From Bigelowiella natans CCMP2755 (Eukaryota; Protista; Cercozoa): DNA of 64,000 nt. The notes beneath the pieces were generated by a model, which was not told where the DNA came from, did no database searches, and saw nothing but the letters and a program-made list of their open reading frames with translations. Each line of letters starts with the position of its first letter. Position 1 is the stretch's first letter. Of this stretch, positions 1 through 10,676 are shown in pieces. Position numbers and translations under genes: made by a program. The stretch is taken from positions 1-64,000 of the forward strand of contig ADNK01000156.1 in the NCBI GenBank assembly GCA_000320545.1, written 5' to 3'.

Positions 1-8
1 TAGGACTA

Positions 9-2210
9 TTGGATCAAGTGACTAAGAAAGAACGTAAATATGCTCAAGCAGACGGAGCTCTCATGAAGACCGTCGGTGAGCTAATGCTAAAGCTACAGAT
101 ACCTGGCAGCGACGCGGAGACCCAAATCAAGACCCGAGTAGCCATGACTTTATCCATGGAACTACTCCTCGGACAGGATGCCCTAGAAAAATTAGGGGGG
201 ATCATATCATTCTACAATCACAAGATATACTTTGCTAAGTTGCCAAAGAAGTCAGGCAGGACCATCAGCCAGAACATGATACGGCTTGACGAGTGGACCT
301 CTGAGTCAAGCGTTAATGCGTTAGAGTTTATGGACCTAGCGGACAACAAGCTACCTACACCTACCGAGCTACGGAAGAAGAACCCCGGCAAGACCATCCG
401 ACAGATAACGGAGCTACTGGACAAGACCCCCCCAGCTGATGATTGGGATATCGACAAAGGCAAAAAGTACATTAATAAAATATTAAACGAGAAGTACTCT
501 GACATCACCAAGCCGACGACGAAGCCCTCCAGCAAGCTTACCCCAGTAAAGATCGAGCTAAAGAAGGGATACGAAGAGTGCATCATCAATGACCCAGAAC
601 ATAGGCGACCGGAAGCGGACTGGGAAAAGATAGAGTGGCAGATCAATGAATGGGCAAAGGAAGGGAAGATAGAGCCAAGCAACTCACCATGGAACGTGAG
701 ACATGTGCTAGCTAAGAAACCTACTTACCCTTTCTTCCGCCTGGCGCACAACTTCATCCGCCACAACCGAGTAATAAAGAGGATCCAGACACCTACACCA
801 AGGATAGATGACGTTATTGAACACGTCATAGGATACAAATACTACTCTTCCCTAGATAAAAATGAATCATACATGCAGACACCCATCCACAAAACCTCCC
901 GCCCCATTACCGCGTTCTCCAGCAGGCACAGGAAGTGGCACTTCGTCGTATTCCCTTACGGCCTAAGCATATCAGGGGATGCGTTCAGTAGTCAGAACTA
1001 CAGGGCATACACACATGATGGGATGGCGTCTGTGTTGTGGGTGTTTGTGTTTGTGTATGTGGATGATGACATAATATGTACCAACACAGTCGTCGCTCAG
1101 ATCTTCCTCCTGGAAAATATATTTATTAGGTTTGCACACTTCGGTTTTACTATTAGACTGCAGAAGTGTACATTCCTAGCTACAAGAATCAAGTGGTGTG
1201 GATATTACCTGGAGCAAGGCCGCATCACCCCAAACCCCGAGAAAGTAGCAGCACTACAGCAAGCCCCTAAACCTAAGAATGCAAAGGAGTTAAAGTCATT
1301 CTTGCAGACTGCAGCTTGGATACTACGTAGGTTCTCCCCTACCTACGCTAGGACTGCAGCTGCTTTTACTACTGCTTACCGGAAGGAGAACTCTGTAGGC
1401 CTCAGCTTCGCTAAGGTGTGGGCCAAGGCTGGCCTTGATGCCCACTTCGATAACCTAATAAAGTTATGCAGCAACACCCTATTGAATGCTAAGCTAGACA
1501 CTACTAGACCAGCTACCCTATGGACAGACTGGTCTAAGCTAGGTATGGCTGCTGTACTTACCCAAGACCAGCAGATCATACGGGTGTGGGGCAGGGCCTG
1601 CACAGCAGCTGAGGCCAAGTACAGCCCTACAAAAGGAGAGTATAAAGCCATGACTGAGGCGCAGAGGAAACTAAGATACTACCTGCTGTCGGTGCCCAGC
1701 TTCACCTTAATGACTGACCACAAGCCCCTCCTAGGCATCGACCGCAAGCTCGAAGCGCCTAACGATGAGTATGCAGCTATGAGGGCGGACACGGAAGAGT
1801 TTAGGGACAAGAGGACAGTGGTCTACGCACCAGGAGACAAGCAGCTTGCTGACTATTTCAGCAGGCTGTTCGAAAAGAAAGTCCCTACCCAGGTCACCCC
1901 TATGGTTAACGCGATTACCTTCGAGGACGGCGACTTCCTGCCTGAGCCAGAGGAGCTCCAGCACCTTCAAGAACACCTGGATAAATACAAACACAAGCAT
2001 GAGGTACTTAGTGATAGGATATATGTATACACTAATAATGTTAGGCGTACCTACGTGCCACGGCGGACCAGGGGAGCCCTTCTCTTTACCGCCCATGGAC
2101 CTGCACACGTAGGAGAAAACCATATCACTGCTCTACTCTACCATTACTACTGGCCCTACAAGCTAAAAGAGATAAGGACATACTGCGTGGCTGCAGGTGC
2201 TCCAGCTTGA
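9..2210 (+). CDS. pol: pol polyprotein, part 1: protease C-terminus, reverse transcriptase, RNase H, start of integrase Zn finger
   Basis: 733-aa ORF with SNSPWN, PYGL, YVDD, RNase H D-E-D-D residues and HGPAH...YYWP. It is 5'-incomplete and the frame breaks near 2183. Confidence 0.93.
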   Translation: MDQVTKKERKYAQADGALMKTVGELMLKLQIPGSDAETQIKTRVAMTLSMELLLGQDALEKLGGIISFYNHKIYFAKLPKKSGRTISQNMIRLDEWTSESSVNALEFMDLADNKLPTPTELRKKNPGKTIRQITELLDKTPPADDWDIDKGKKYINKILNEKYSDITKPTTKPSSKLTPVKIELKKGYEECIINDPEHRRPEADWEKIEWQINEWAKEGKIEPSNSPWNVRHVLAKKPTYPFFRLAHNFIRHNRVIKRIQTPTPRIDDVIEHVIGYKYYSSLDKNESYMQTPIHKTSRPITAFSSRHRKWHFVVFPYGLSISGDAFSSQNYRAYTHDGMASVLWVFVFVYVDDDIICTNTVVAQIFLLENIFIRFAHFGFTIRLQKCTFLATRIKWCGYYLEQGRITPNPEKVAALQQAPKPKNAKELKSFLQTAAWILRRFSPTYARTAAAFTTAYRKENSVGLSFAKVWAKAGLDAHFDNLIKLCSNTLLNAKLDTTRPATLWTDWSKLGMAAVLTQDQQIIRVWGRACTAAEAKYSPTKGEYKAMTEAQRKLRYYLLSVPSFTLMTDHKPLLGIDRKLEAPNDEYAAMRADTEEFRDKRTVVYAPGDKQLADYFSRLFEKKVPTQVTPMVNAITFEDGDFLPEPEELQHLQEHLDKYKHKHEVLSDRIYVYTNNVRRTYVPRRTRGALLFTAHGPAHVGENHITALLYHYYWPYKLKEIRTYCVAAGAPA

Positions 2211-3363
2211 AGGCGGCAGGCGTCGCCACCAAGGAGTCCAGCAGAGCCGTGCATCTAAGAAAATCAAAGCAAGGAACTTCTTAGATATCGTGCAAATTGA
2301 TGTTTATAAGTACGATGGCTATCACTACCTTACCTTCGTTGATGTGGCCACTGGAAAGTGCTGGGTTAAAAAGATTATCAAGGTCAACGTTGCTAAGAAG
2401 AACAAAGGCTTATATAAGCAGAGGCTTACTAACTGCTACCGTACCTGGGAGTCTGAGCTCCAGGCTATCCCTGATGAAGTTAGCATAAACAAGATACCAA
2501 AGAAGTTACATGTGGATAATGAGACCTCTCTTCTACAGCTACCACACCCTAATATTGATGCCTCACCTGTATACTATGCCCAGTCCAACTCCAAGGTAGA
2601 GCGACTCCACCGCACCTTGGCCAACCTAAGCAGGATAAATAGCACCACACCAGACAAGATACAAGGGTTAGTAAACGACACCTTCACGTCTGGGGGAGGT
2701 ATCAAGGATAAGGAGAGGGAAGAAGGCGACGACAACGACGACGATACCGAGAGCGAAGACGAGAAGGTCCCGTACGATGGCCGAGTTCTAAAGGAAGGAC
2801 AGTATGTTAGGGCCAAGGTAAATCTGAGATCGAGAAATAAACAAGACCCCTTCTGGGGTGGCGTTGCAAAGGTTACCGAGAGGAAGGGGAGGAAGCAGTA
2901 CTACATCTATGATGGGAACAGGGTCACCTTGCGCCACATCAGTCACCTAAAGAATTATGATATCGGTGAGAAGCTCCTAGAGGATGTTAAAGTAAACCCT
3001 ACTGTGTGGGAGCGAGCAATGCCTTGTTTAGGACCCCGACCTAAGTTCGATGTGGAATATGGAAACAATAAGGTCAGGGTGAACGACGATTGGCGCATGA
3101 AGATTGTCTATCTAGGCTACCCTGGATTACGAAATATGGAGAGGGTAGCTATGAAAATAAAGGACGGAAAATATCAGCTACTCTACCTAGCTGTTCCCGA
3201 CTTACCCTTTGAGCACTGGTATAAGGTCCTGGGGGACCTTGATGCAGAGGGCTGGTATGGACACGAACCTAAGGACGAAGGTGAGTTCTGGGTAAGCGAC
3301 AAAGGAGATAAGGTTAGAGAGGAATCTATTACCTGGTGGTTGGTGAAGTTCCGAAAGCGATGA
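2197..3363 (+). CDS. pol: pol polyprotein, part 2: integrase core, SH3-like region and C-terminal methyltransferase-like domain
   Basis: QIDVY (D at 2299), HVDNE (D at 2515) and KVERLHRTL (E at 2599). The C-terminal 2983-3360 segment matches the DIRS-type Dam-like pattern. Confidence 0.88.
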   Translation: MLQLEGGRRRHQGVQQSRASKKIKARNFLDIVQIDVYKYDGYHYLTFVDVATGKCWVKKIIKVNVAKKNKGLYKQRLTNCYRTWESELQAIPDEVSINKIPKKLHVDNETSLLQLPHPNIDASPVYYAQSNSKVERLHRTLANLSRINSTTPDKIQGLVNDTFTSGGGIKDKEREEGDDNDDDTESEDEKVPYDGRVLKEGQYVRAKVNLRSRNKQDPFWGGVAKVTERKGRKQYYIYDGNRVTLRHISHLKNYDIGEKLLEDVKVNPTVWERAMPCLGPRPKFDVEYGNNKVRVNDDWRMKIVYLGYPGLRNMERVAMKIKDGKYQLLYLAVPDLPFEHWYKVLGDLDAEGWYGHEPKDEGEFWVSDKGDKVREESITWWLVKFRKR

Positions 3364-3406
3364 AGGTCTAAGGGAATAAGGAAGGAAGGAAGGAGCAACG
3401 TGACTT

Positions 3407-3414
3407 GGGGGAGG
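3407..3414 (+). other. polypurine tract (GGGGGAGG) immediately before the 3' LTR
   Basis: Purine run abutting the TGTAGC LTR start, with a further purine-rich stretch at 3370-3395. Confidence 0.8.
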
Positions 3415-3724
3415 TGTAGCGCGTACCACTACGCGGGCACAAGTAGGCAGGGGGGGGGAAAGGCACGTTTGCTTCCTTTTGAAGAGTTGTGTTTATTTTT
3501 ATTAAAGATTATATTTTTATTAAATCGTGCACTGCGTAATCATTCGCGAAGCTTTCGCGAATGCCGCCGCACGTGGGGCAGCACACTTCCGGTGTGCTGC
3601 CATGAGTCCCGCCGGAACCCACGTGCCTATGCTGTATTAATATCTACGTTATCTATATTCTATATCCGCGACAACCCCTTTGTTGTCGCACGTGACTTGT
3701 GCCCGCGTAGTGGTACGCGCTACA
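3415..3724 (+). repeat. 3' LTR (310 bp) with 30-bp perfect terminal inverted repeats
   Basis: TGTAGCGCGTACCACTACGCGGGCACAAGT at 3415-3444 is the exact reverse complement of 3695-3724. Ends are TG...CA. Confidence 0.85.
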
Positions 3725-4169
3725 CATCTTGACATCGATCGTCAAGTTCGCATGTTCGCTATAGCATGCTAGCATGACACCTAGCTAGCTAGTAGACAAA
3801 TAGCTGATAGCTAGCTAGCTAGACAGCACTACGATACTAGACTACACTACTAGACTAGAGCACAATCTAGCAATATAGCTAGCTAGCTGCTAGAGTATAG
3901 TACATCGCACATATTCATTACACACACGTTGGCGTGGGATGTGTTCGATCGCTAAGAGCTGCCTCAAGGCAATGCTAGAATGTGCTTAAATGCAACACCG
4001 GCTCGCGACGTAATGACAAATTTTATTTGTACGCATAGCCAGATAGTCTACGACATGAGACTGCGTGTGTACAATGCGAAGCTATTAAGTGCGCACACGG
4101 TAAGCTAGTAGCTAGATTATATGTATATACATTACGCACAAACACACACACACACACACATGTATATAT

Positions 4170-4206
<37 letters not shown>

Positions 4207-4463
4207 ATATCTATATATGCACACATATATGTGTGTGTGTGTTGTGTGTGTGTAATTGCATGAATGGACACCATATGACTACACCAACAAAGAACTACAT
4301 CATTTTAATAACTACACTTATATTCAGATTGAAGTGAGAGTCCGTAATAATACTGCTAATAAGATTCAGTGGTGCTCTCAAACTACTTCTATCTGGTGGA
4401 TCTTCCCCGTTTCATAGGAGCGATTAGATATTCCTCCCCTCCTCTTTCTCTCTCCTGTTATCC

Positions 4464-6127
4464 CTAAAGAGTTGCGAAAACTTCCTTAGCGGCTTCAATT
4501 GTCTTCTCAATATCCTCTTCGGTGTGAGCAAGGCTCATGAATCCTGCCTCATACTGGCTAGGAGCGAGGTACACGCCCCTCTCGAGCATGCCGCGGTGCC
4601 ACTTCGCGAACTTATCGGTGTCGGACTTGGTAGCGTCTGCGAAGCAATTGACAGGTCCCTCAGTGAAGAAGAACCCGAACATTCCAGAGATGTGCCCGCC
4701 GCACAGAGAGTGTCCAGCAGCCTTGCCGGCTTCGAGAATGCCGTTGATGAGCTTTCCGGTCAGCTTGTCGAGCTTCTCGTAGGTACCCGGCTGCTTGAGG
4801 GCATCAAGGGTTGCGATTCCAGCAGCCATGGCAAGAGGGTTTCCAGAGAGCGTTCCAGCTTGGTACATAGGCCCAGCAGGTGCCACCATCTCCATGATTT
4901 CCTTCTTTCCTCCATATGCTCCGACTGGGAGCCCACCCCCAATAACCTTACCCATGGTAGTTACATCAGGGGTCACGCCGAAGTGTTCCTGAGCTCCTCC
5001 GTAGGCGATACGAAATCCAGTCATGACCTCGTCGAAGACAAGAACAGCGCCATTGTCATCGCAAAGCTGACGAAGGCCTTGCAAGAATTCCTTCGTAGGT
5101 GAGATGAAGCCGGAGTTTCCGACGACAGGCTCAAGAATAATACCTGCGATTTCGTCCTTGTTCTCCTCGAAGATCTTCTTGACGCTGTCGATATCGTTGT
5201 ATTGGGCGCAGAGGGTGGCAGAAGTAGCAGCCTTTGGCACCCCAGGTGAGTCTGGAAGACCGAGCGTAGCAACACCGGAGCCAGCCTGAACGAGGAACGA
5301 ATCTGCATGTCCATGGTAGCAACCCTCGAACTTGATCACCTTCTCCCTCTTGGTGTAGGCACGAATCAAACGAATCATACCCATGCAAGCCTCGGTTCCG
5401 GAGTTGGTGAAACGCACCATCTCAACGGAAGGGACAGCATCGATAACACGCTTAGCAAGCTCGTTCTCAAGGGGACCAGGAGCACCGAAGGAGGTACCCT
5501 TTTCCATGGTCTCCTTGATTTTTCCAAGGACAACATCGTCAGCATGTCCAAGGATAGCTGGTCCCCATGTACCGACGTAATCGATGTACTTGTTTCCATC
5601 TACATCCCAAGCGTAGGCGCCCTTGACACGCTCGAAAACAACAGGCTCTCCTCCAACCGACTTGAAAGCTCGGACAGGGGAGGAAACTCCTCCAGGCATC
5701 AAGGTCTTTGCTTCATCAAATATCTGGAATATGATTTTTTTTAGAAAAGGATAACTTCAATAGCATGTTGGAAACAAGATCACGGAAACGTGCGTCGATA
5801 GTACCCCCCCTGGTACCCTATCTCAATCACCCTTTCTTGCTCGCACATTCATAGTACCTGCTGAGACTTGGTAGTGACATGTGGCTTATCAAGAACTTGC
5901 GAATTTACAGCAAGGCGGCCAGCGCGAGGAAGATTTTGAGGAAGACCGTTGATGACATTGATTGACTGAGACGCCGTAGATCTTGCTGCGAAGCCAGCAC
6001 GGAGTGGGCCCTGAAGGCTGACGCAACCGATTCCAACCAACAAAATAGCGTTGGCAACAAGGCTTAGCACCAAGTACTTGTTGGAGCGCGCGGACGACGA
6101 AGGGAACGAAGTGTAATGTGTCTGCAT
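4464..6127 (-). CDS. hemL: glutamate-1-semialdehyde 2,1-aminomutase, plastid-targeted (exons 6127-5858 and 5723-4464; ~509 aa)
   Basis: [21 protein letters not shown], the PLP lysine in TMGKVIGGG, and [13 protein letters not shown] intron at 5857-5724. Exon 1 encodes a hydrophobic signal ([16 protein letters not shown]) and a transit-like segment. Confidence 0.97.
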
Positions 6128-6769
6128 CTCCTTCGATTTCAGGTTGGGTTATGGGGGAGGGAGAGGTACTAGGATTCGACTTAGCGAATCGGGAAACGCT
6201 ATTAAATTTATTGCTGCGACATCCATTTGACAGCGTACGCAGATAAAATCACATTTCTTGCCGATCGCTTCGGAGATATTTGGGTTTGCGACATAGTCTG
6301 CGGAACGATCTCGAGCAGAAATATCCTGCGACCCGCCCAGTCATTACAGCCAGAATTCCCAGATTCCAAAAGAGTGTGAGAGGCAACGGGCAGTGTCCGG
6401 GATTTCAGACGGGATTTTCTGGATCCAAGCCGAATTAATAAATTGTCAGATTTTAATTTTATACATGTTCGAAATTCAGCAAATCCAAATTCTGAAGTGC
6501 TTTCATTCCTAAGTCGCCGTCCGCCCCCCTTGCAAAGGAGGAGCTTCAAGGCGGGCTCCATTGAGGTGGGTGGGGAGCGAGGAAGAGAGGGACTGAGGGA
6601 GAAAGTTATAGAATTAGCTCAAATAGATATGAACAGAGGATATTGGGCAGGGAATAATTGGGAAGATTCTTACCAAATGTAAAAATAACGATGACGTGAT
6701 GCGATTCCTTCAATTGCCTTTGGCTAGCTTACACATCGATCTCAGTGAAAGTGAAAATACTGATCAGTC

Positions 6770-6828
<59 letters not shown>

Positions 6829-6848
6829 GGAAAGTTGACCTTGCCATC

Positions 6849-7411
6849 ATGCCTTCTTATCACGCCCGAAAATACCTAAATCGGAAACGAAAGAAAACAA
6901 GCCTTACTACGCCCATGATTATGGTATGAATATTCTGTGCTAAATGTCAATTTACACAATAATTCTTTATCCAGTGAAGAAAACTCTTTGTTGGAAGAAT
7001 ACATTACTTTTTCCTTGAAGAAGAGAGTCAAGGACAGAATGACTCCCTGATGTCCACTCAATATTTTTATTTCTGGCCTGTGTACATGCGTAGGTGGCTT
7101 GGATGTTTATAGTATTCTTTGGCGCAATGTACACAAATCCAAAATTATTTTGGGAATTTGGGCGAATACATAGAGAATCTTCTGGTCTGCCAACAGCAGT
7201 CACCCCTAGCACAGCTCGGAGCCTTAGACCAACAGTGAAGCCAGACCTATCATCGTTGTCTAAAACTGATGGTGGAAAATTACCTCTAGACTCTGCTGTA
7301 GATAAATCTTCTTCCATCAACAGATACAAGGATGACCAAGCTCGTCCTTCAGATGCGCCGCCTAACTCTCTAGATGACGACGAAAGACGAAATGTGCCCT
7401 CAATGGGCTAG
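6849..7411 (+). CDS. small single-pass membrane protein of unknown function (exons 6849-6923 and 7094-7411; ~130 aa)
   Basis: A phase-0 GT-AG intron joins basic MPSYHARKYLNRKRKK to hydrophobic MIMVAWMFIVFFGAMY and a low-complexity tail. Confidence 0.5.
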
Positions 7412-7999
7412 ATCAACCGCATTCGAGATCTGCAACAGTGCAGCGACAATTCCAGTATATGGGCTATGATGGCACCGTAGACTGTTAGCCGGTACTGTGT
7501 TCATCGCATAAAGATGAAGTGCATCGCCACATTGCGAGCTCGCTGTATGCCTTGCATGTGTATCTCAGTAATGAAACACACAATGAACTCGCAACTATCG
7601 TTACACATATGCTATGTTGCAAGATGCTGCAAACATAAGCGCTAATACTGTACATAGATACAGTGTTATCATATGATTCTACATCATATGTGTGGGATGA
7701 TGATCGACAAGGTGTGCTTGTGCTAGCTGGCTAGCTGGATGCGTTACTACGCTCGTATCATATCGTGTACAGATCATCCCGTAAAGAATATGAACGTACT
7801 GAGCGTAACGTATGTACACATGCAAGCAGGCGTGTGTGTAGGCTAATAGTAGTGCTTGCTTGCCTCACATAACTGTGCCTTATTTGCATTTATGTAGCGA
7901 GCATCGCAGCAGGTCGAGCGTGGCGAGTATCTCATTACCTTTGTTATTATATATATATATATATATATATATAACAATTTAAACATTTCATTACATCCG

Positions 8000-8040
<41 letters not shown>

Positions 8041-8155
8041 TGCTGTGTCTATTATAATAGGCGCCATGATGGTATATACGCAAATGAAGATCTTACCACC
8101 GACTTAGAAAAAAATTCATCCCGTATTTCCTAGGCGGCCAAAGTGTGCAAATTAA

Positions 8156-9067
8156 TCAGTCTCTCCACTCTGTAGCTAAGTGTTTTTCGGGGGTGCGCAC
8201 TACTCCACAGCCAGTTTTGCTATTTGGCGCGCAGTGTGCAACGATGAAAAATCCAAGGCATTTATCCTCTACTTTCATGTTCAAGAACTTAGACATCATT
8301 GAAGAATCTCGCGCCGCTGCATGCCATGAGCTCCAGTAGCATGCAAGATCTGGTTGGGTGCTGGCTTGCAAATGCATGTTCTGAACTGCACAAGCTGTCG
8401 CCGCTGCTTCCTCCCACTCCGGCATACGCTTTGATCCTGCCTGTCGACGCATGATAATTGCTACCATATATGATACAGATTTCCATCGGGTATGGATCTC
8501 ATTCTCTATCCTCTGTCTCCACGCGAAGTATTTCTCAGGCTGGCCAACCTTCCCGTTCGCCCATCCTGCTTTTCTCCAGTTTTCGTCATAGTAGGAAAGT
8601 GTCAAATGCTGCATCTCCACAATTGCCTTCCGTCCAAGAACTACAAAGCGCCAAGGAGGAACGGAACCATGATATGGTGCCCACATCGCAGCCTCCAACA
8701 ACCTTTGCATGACCGCACGCGACACCCTTTTGTTTGGATGATAGTGGCGAGGGAAAACCGAGCGGCGATTTCGAATGCACTCAAGCAAAGGTGCAGGCAT
8801 TTTGGAATCCATCATAGAGGCCGGCTCTCTAAAAACCTCAAGTTCGTTGCTAGAGTAATCCGATGACGATGTTTGGGAGACATGAAACCCAATAGCACAC
8901 GCTGCGAGAAGGGACACCGCAGCAGTGATGGAATAGCACCCCAATACTATACTGCTCCAAGAATGATAAGAGAATGTTGCAGCGATGGCCAGGCAAGCAA
9001 TAGCCACAATGCCGACGACGATGCGACTCGGGGTCGGTCGGCGACGAAAGCACTCCCGTGCTTCCAT
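8156..9067 (-). CDS. nitroreductase family (YdjA-like) flavoprotein with two N-terminal hydrophobic helices
   Basis: IRNRRSVFP, LLEAAMWAPYHG..PWRFVV and AATACAVQNMHLQA..YWSS. Intronless. Confidence 0.9.
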   Translation of the reverse strand: MEARECFRRRPTPSRIVVGIVAIACLAIAATFSYHSWSSIVLGCYSITAAVSLLAACAIGFHVSQTSSSDYSSNELEVFREPASMMDSKMPAPLLECIRNRRSVFPRHYHPNKRVSRAVMQRLLEAAMWAPYHGSVPPWRFVVLGRKAIVEMQHLTLSYYDENWRKAGWANGKVGQPEKYFAWRQRIENEIHTRWKSVSYMVAIIMRRQAGSKRMPEWEEAAATACAVQNMHLQASTQPDLACYWSSWHAAARDSSMMSKFLNMKVEDKCLGFFIVAHCAPNSKTGCGVVRTPEKHLATEWRD

Positions 9068-9577
9068 CCGACAGACGCCGATGGGTTTTGAGTCGATTCT
9101 GAGTCCGATTGCGGCGATGCGAGCTTAGGATTTTTCGAATGTAAAGTCCCACATTGTGGTTGTCGCAGCCTCCAAACACAGGCAAGTTCGAGGTACAGCC
9201 CTCCGTCGTAGCCTCCAAACACAGGCTGCTGCTTCTCGAAACAATGCTCACAACAACACGTAATATCTCTGCGCGCAAAAATAATTTCATCGAAGTTCGG
9301 GCTGACGTATGCAAACGCAAATAATGCCGAGAGGTTTCAGCGGCGGTTGTTGGATAAAATAAATAGGATGTTATTCGGTAGGGAGTAACATCCTTTTTCA
9401 ACTGACGCAAGCCACTGCTGCAATCGATACGCTCGCTGGAGAACATGCGCGCAACTTTTCTTCGATGGTGGGGATGGAGGAGGGGAGGGGGAGAACGGGG
9501 AAGGAACAATGCCCTACGATGGATGATTGATCAGATCACATTTGACTTGAAATTCGATGTATGTGTTGTCCGCATAA

Positions 9578-10483
9578 ATGGCATCAAAATGGAGCTCTGA
9601 TCATACCTATTGCTGCAGGATCTGTCTTTTGGCTCTCGTGCTCTCAGTTTGCGCATTCAGCGATCCGGATGAACCTAAGAAAGCGCGGGGGAACCTTCCG
9701 AAAGATGCTAAGCTACGAATTGGAGTATTAAAGCGTGTGAAAAACTGCGAGAAGAAGTCCAAGTCTGGAGACAAGCTCTCCATGCATGTAAGAATAGCAC
9801 AGGATCTATGCATTCAATAGCTCACATCGATTTGGACATAAAATTTATAGTACACCGGATGGACTCGCGAGAATGGTCAGGTTTTCGATTCAAGCGTAAA
9901 GCGCGGACAGGTGTTTTGTAGCTCAACTGTGCAAAACACTACGTAGTACTAAGTTTCTCCAACATGCACCCATTAGCCCTTCGACTTTACCCTCGGAAAA
10001 GGGATGGTTATTAAGGGATGGGACAATGGACTCAAGGGCATGTGCGTTGGTGAGCGTCGTCGCCTTACCATTCCGTCGGATCTAGGTTAAAAAGCGCATC
10101 AAATGCTATATTTTGAATTCAATTCGTAGAGTCGATTTCGCCGAATTTTTGCGACCATGTTTTTGGATCTATGCTTCTACCTCGTTGAAGCGACAACCGC
10201 ATCTACTGCTGATTTAATTTTGTTTCTACTCTCTGTTGCAGATTTCTATGAGCCATGTGATTGATGCCAAAATGAGTTATGCATTTGCCTGTGGTCAACG
10301 CCCATTCTAGGTTATGGTGATAATGGCAGCGGAGCGAAGATTCCTGGTGGAGCGACATTGGTCTGTGAAAATCCTTAAGAACTCAGTTTTAGATACTAAG
10401 TATTATGTGTGTGAAGAATGACGTATCGTTTCTTATCTTTGACACGACAGGTCTTTGACGTCGAGCTTTTGAAGATTAACTGA
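9578..10483 (+). CDS. FKBP2: ER-type FKBP peptidyl-prolyl isomerase (FKBP2/FKBP13-like); exons 9578-9787, 9851-9910, 9977-10085, 10311-10360, 10451-10483
   Basis: Signal peptide, then [57 protein letters not shown] and [17 protein letters not shown]. All introns are GT-AG and in phase. Confidence 0.93.
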
Positions 10484-10676
10484 AGATAGACTGCTGAACA
10501 AAGAGTTAGCAGCATATTGCTTGTCTGTCGCTTATGCTTTTGACATCGAAACATTACGCAACACATACATGCCAACGTATCTTGAATTAGAAGAGTACGA
10601 CTGACCGCAACAATTGAAAATACCGCTGTGTCAAGATGTGCCATGAAGTCGCACATGCAACCTAAAAAGGCATGGA

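Larger units (their letters stand above)
1..3724 (+). mobile_element. Ty3/Gypsy LTR retrotransposon, 3' portion (gag and 5' LTR lie outside the window)
   Basis: Domain order is protease tail (LLGQDAL), RT (YVDD), RNase H (TDWS..GE..TDHKPL..ADYFSR), then integrase. A polypurine tract and a TG...CA LTR follow. Confidence 0.95.

Noticed and set aside
2181-2215. Programmed ribosomal frameshift between RNase H and integrase
   Set aside because: There is no slippery heptamer, and the Zn-finger cysteines lie in a third frame, which requires two indels.
3415-3724. Independent MITE inserted after pol
   Set aside because: It directly follows a polypurine tract, has TG...CA ends and has no duplicated flanks (GAGG versus CATC), which fits a 3' LTR better.
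4524-5744. Plus-strand ORFs overlapping hemL
   Set aside because: These are antisense shadows of a codon-biased gene with no recognisable motifs.
8850-9509. 219-aa minus-strand ORF overlapping the nitroreductase 5' end
   Set aside because: It has a TTG start, spans the bidirectional promoter and shows no protein-like features.
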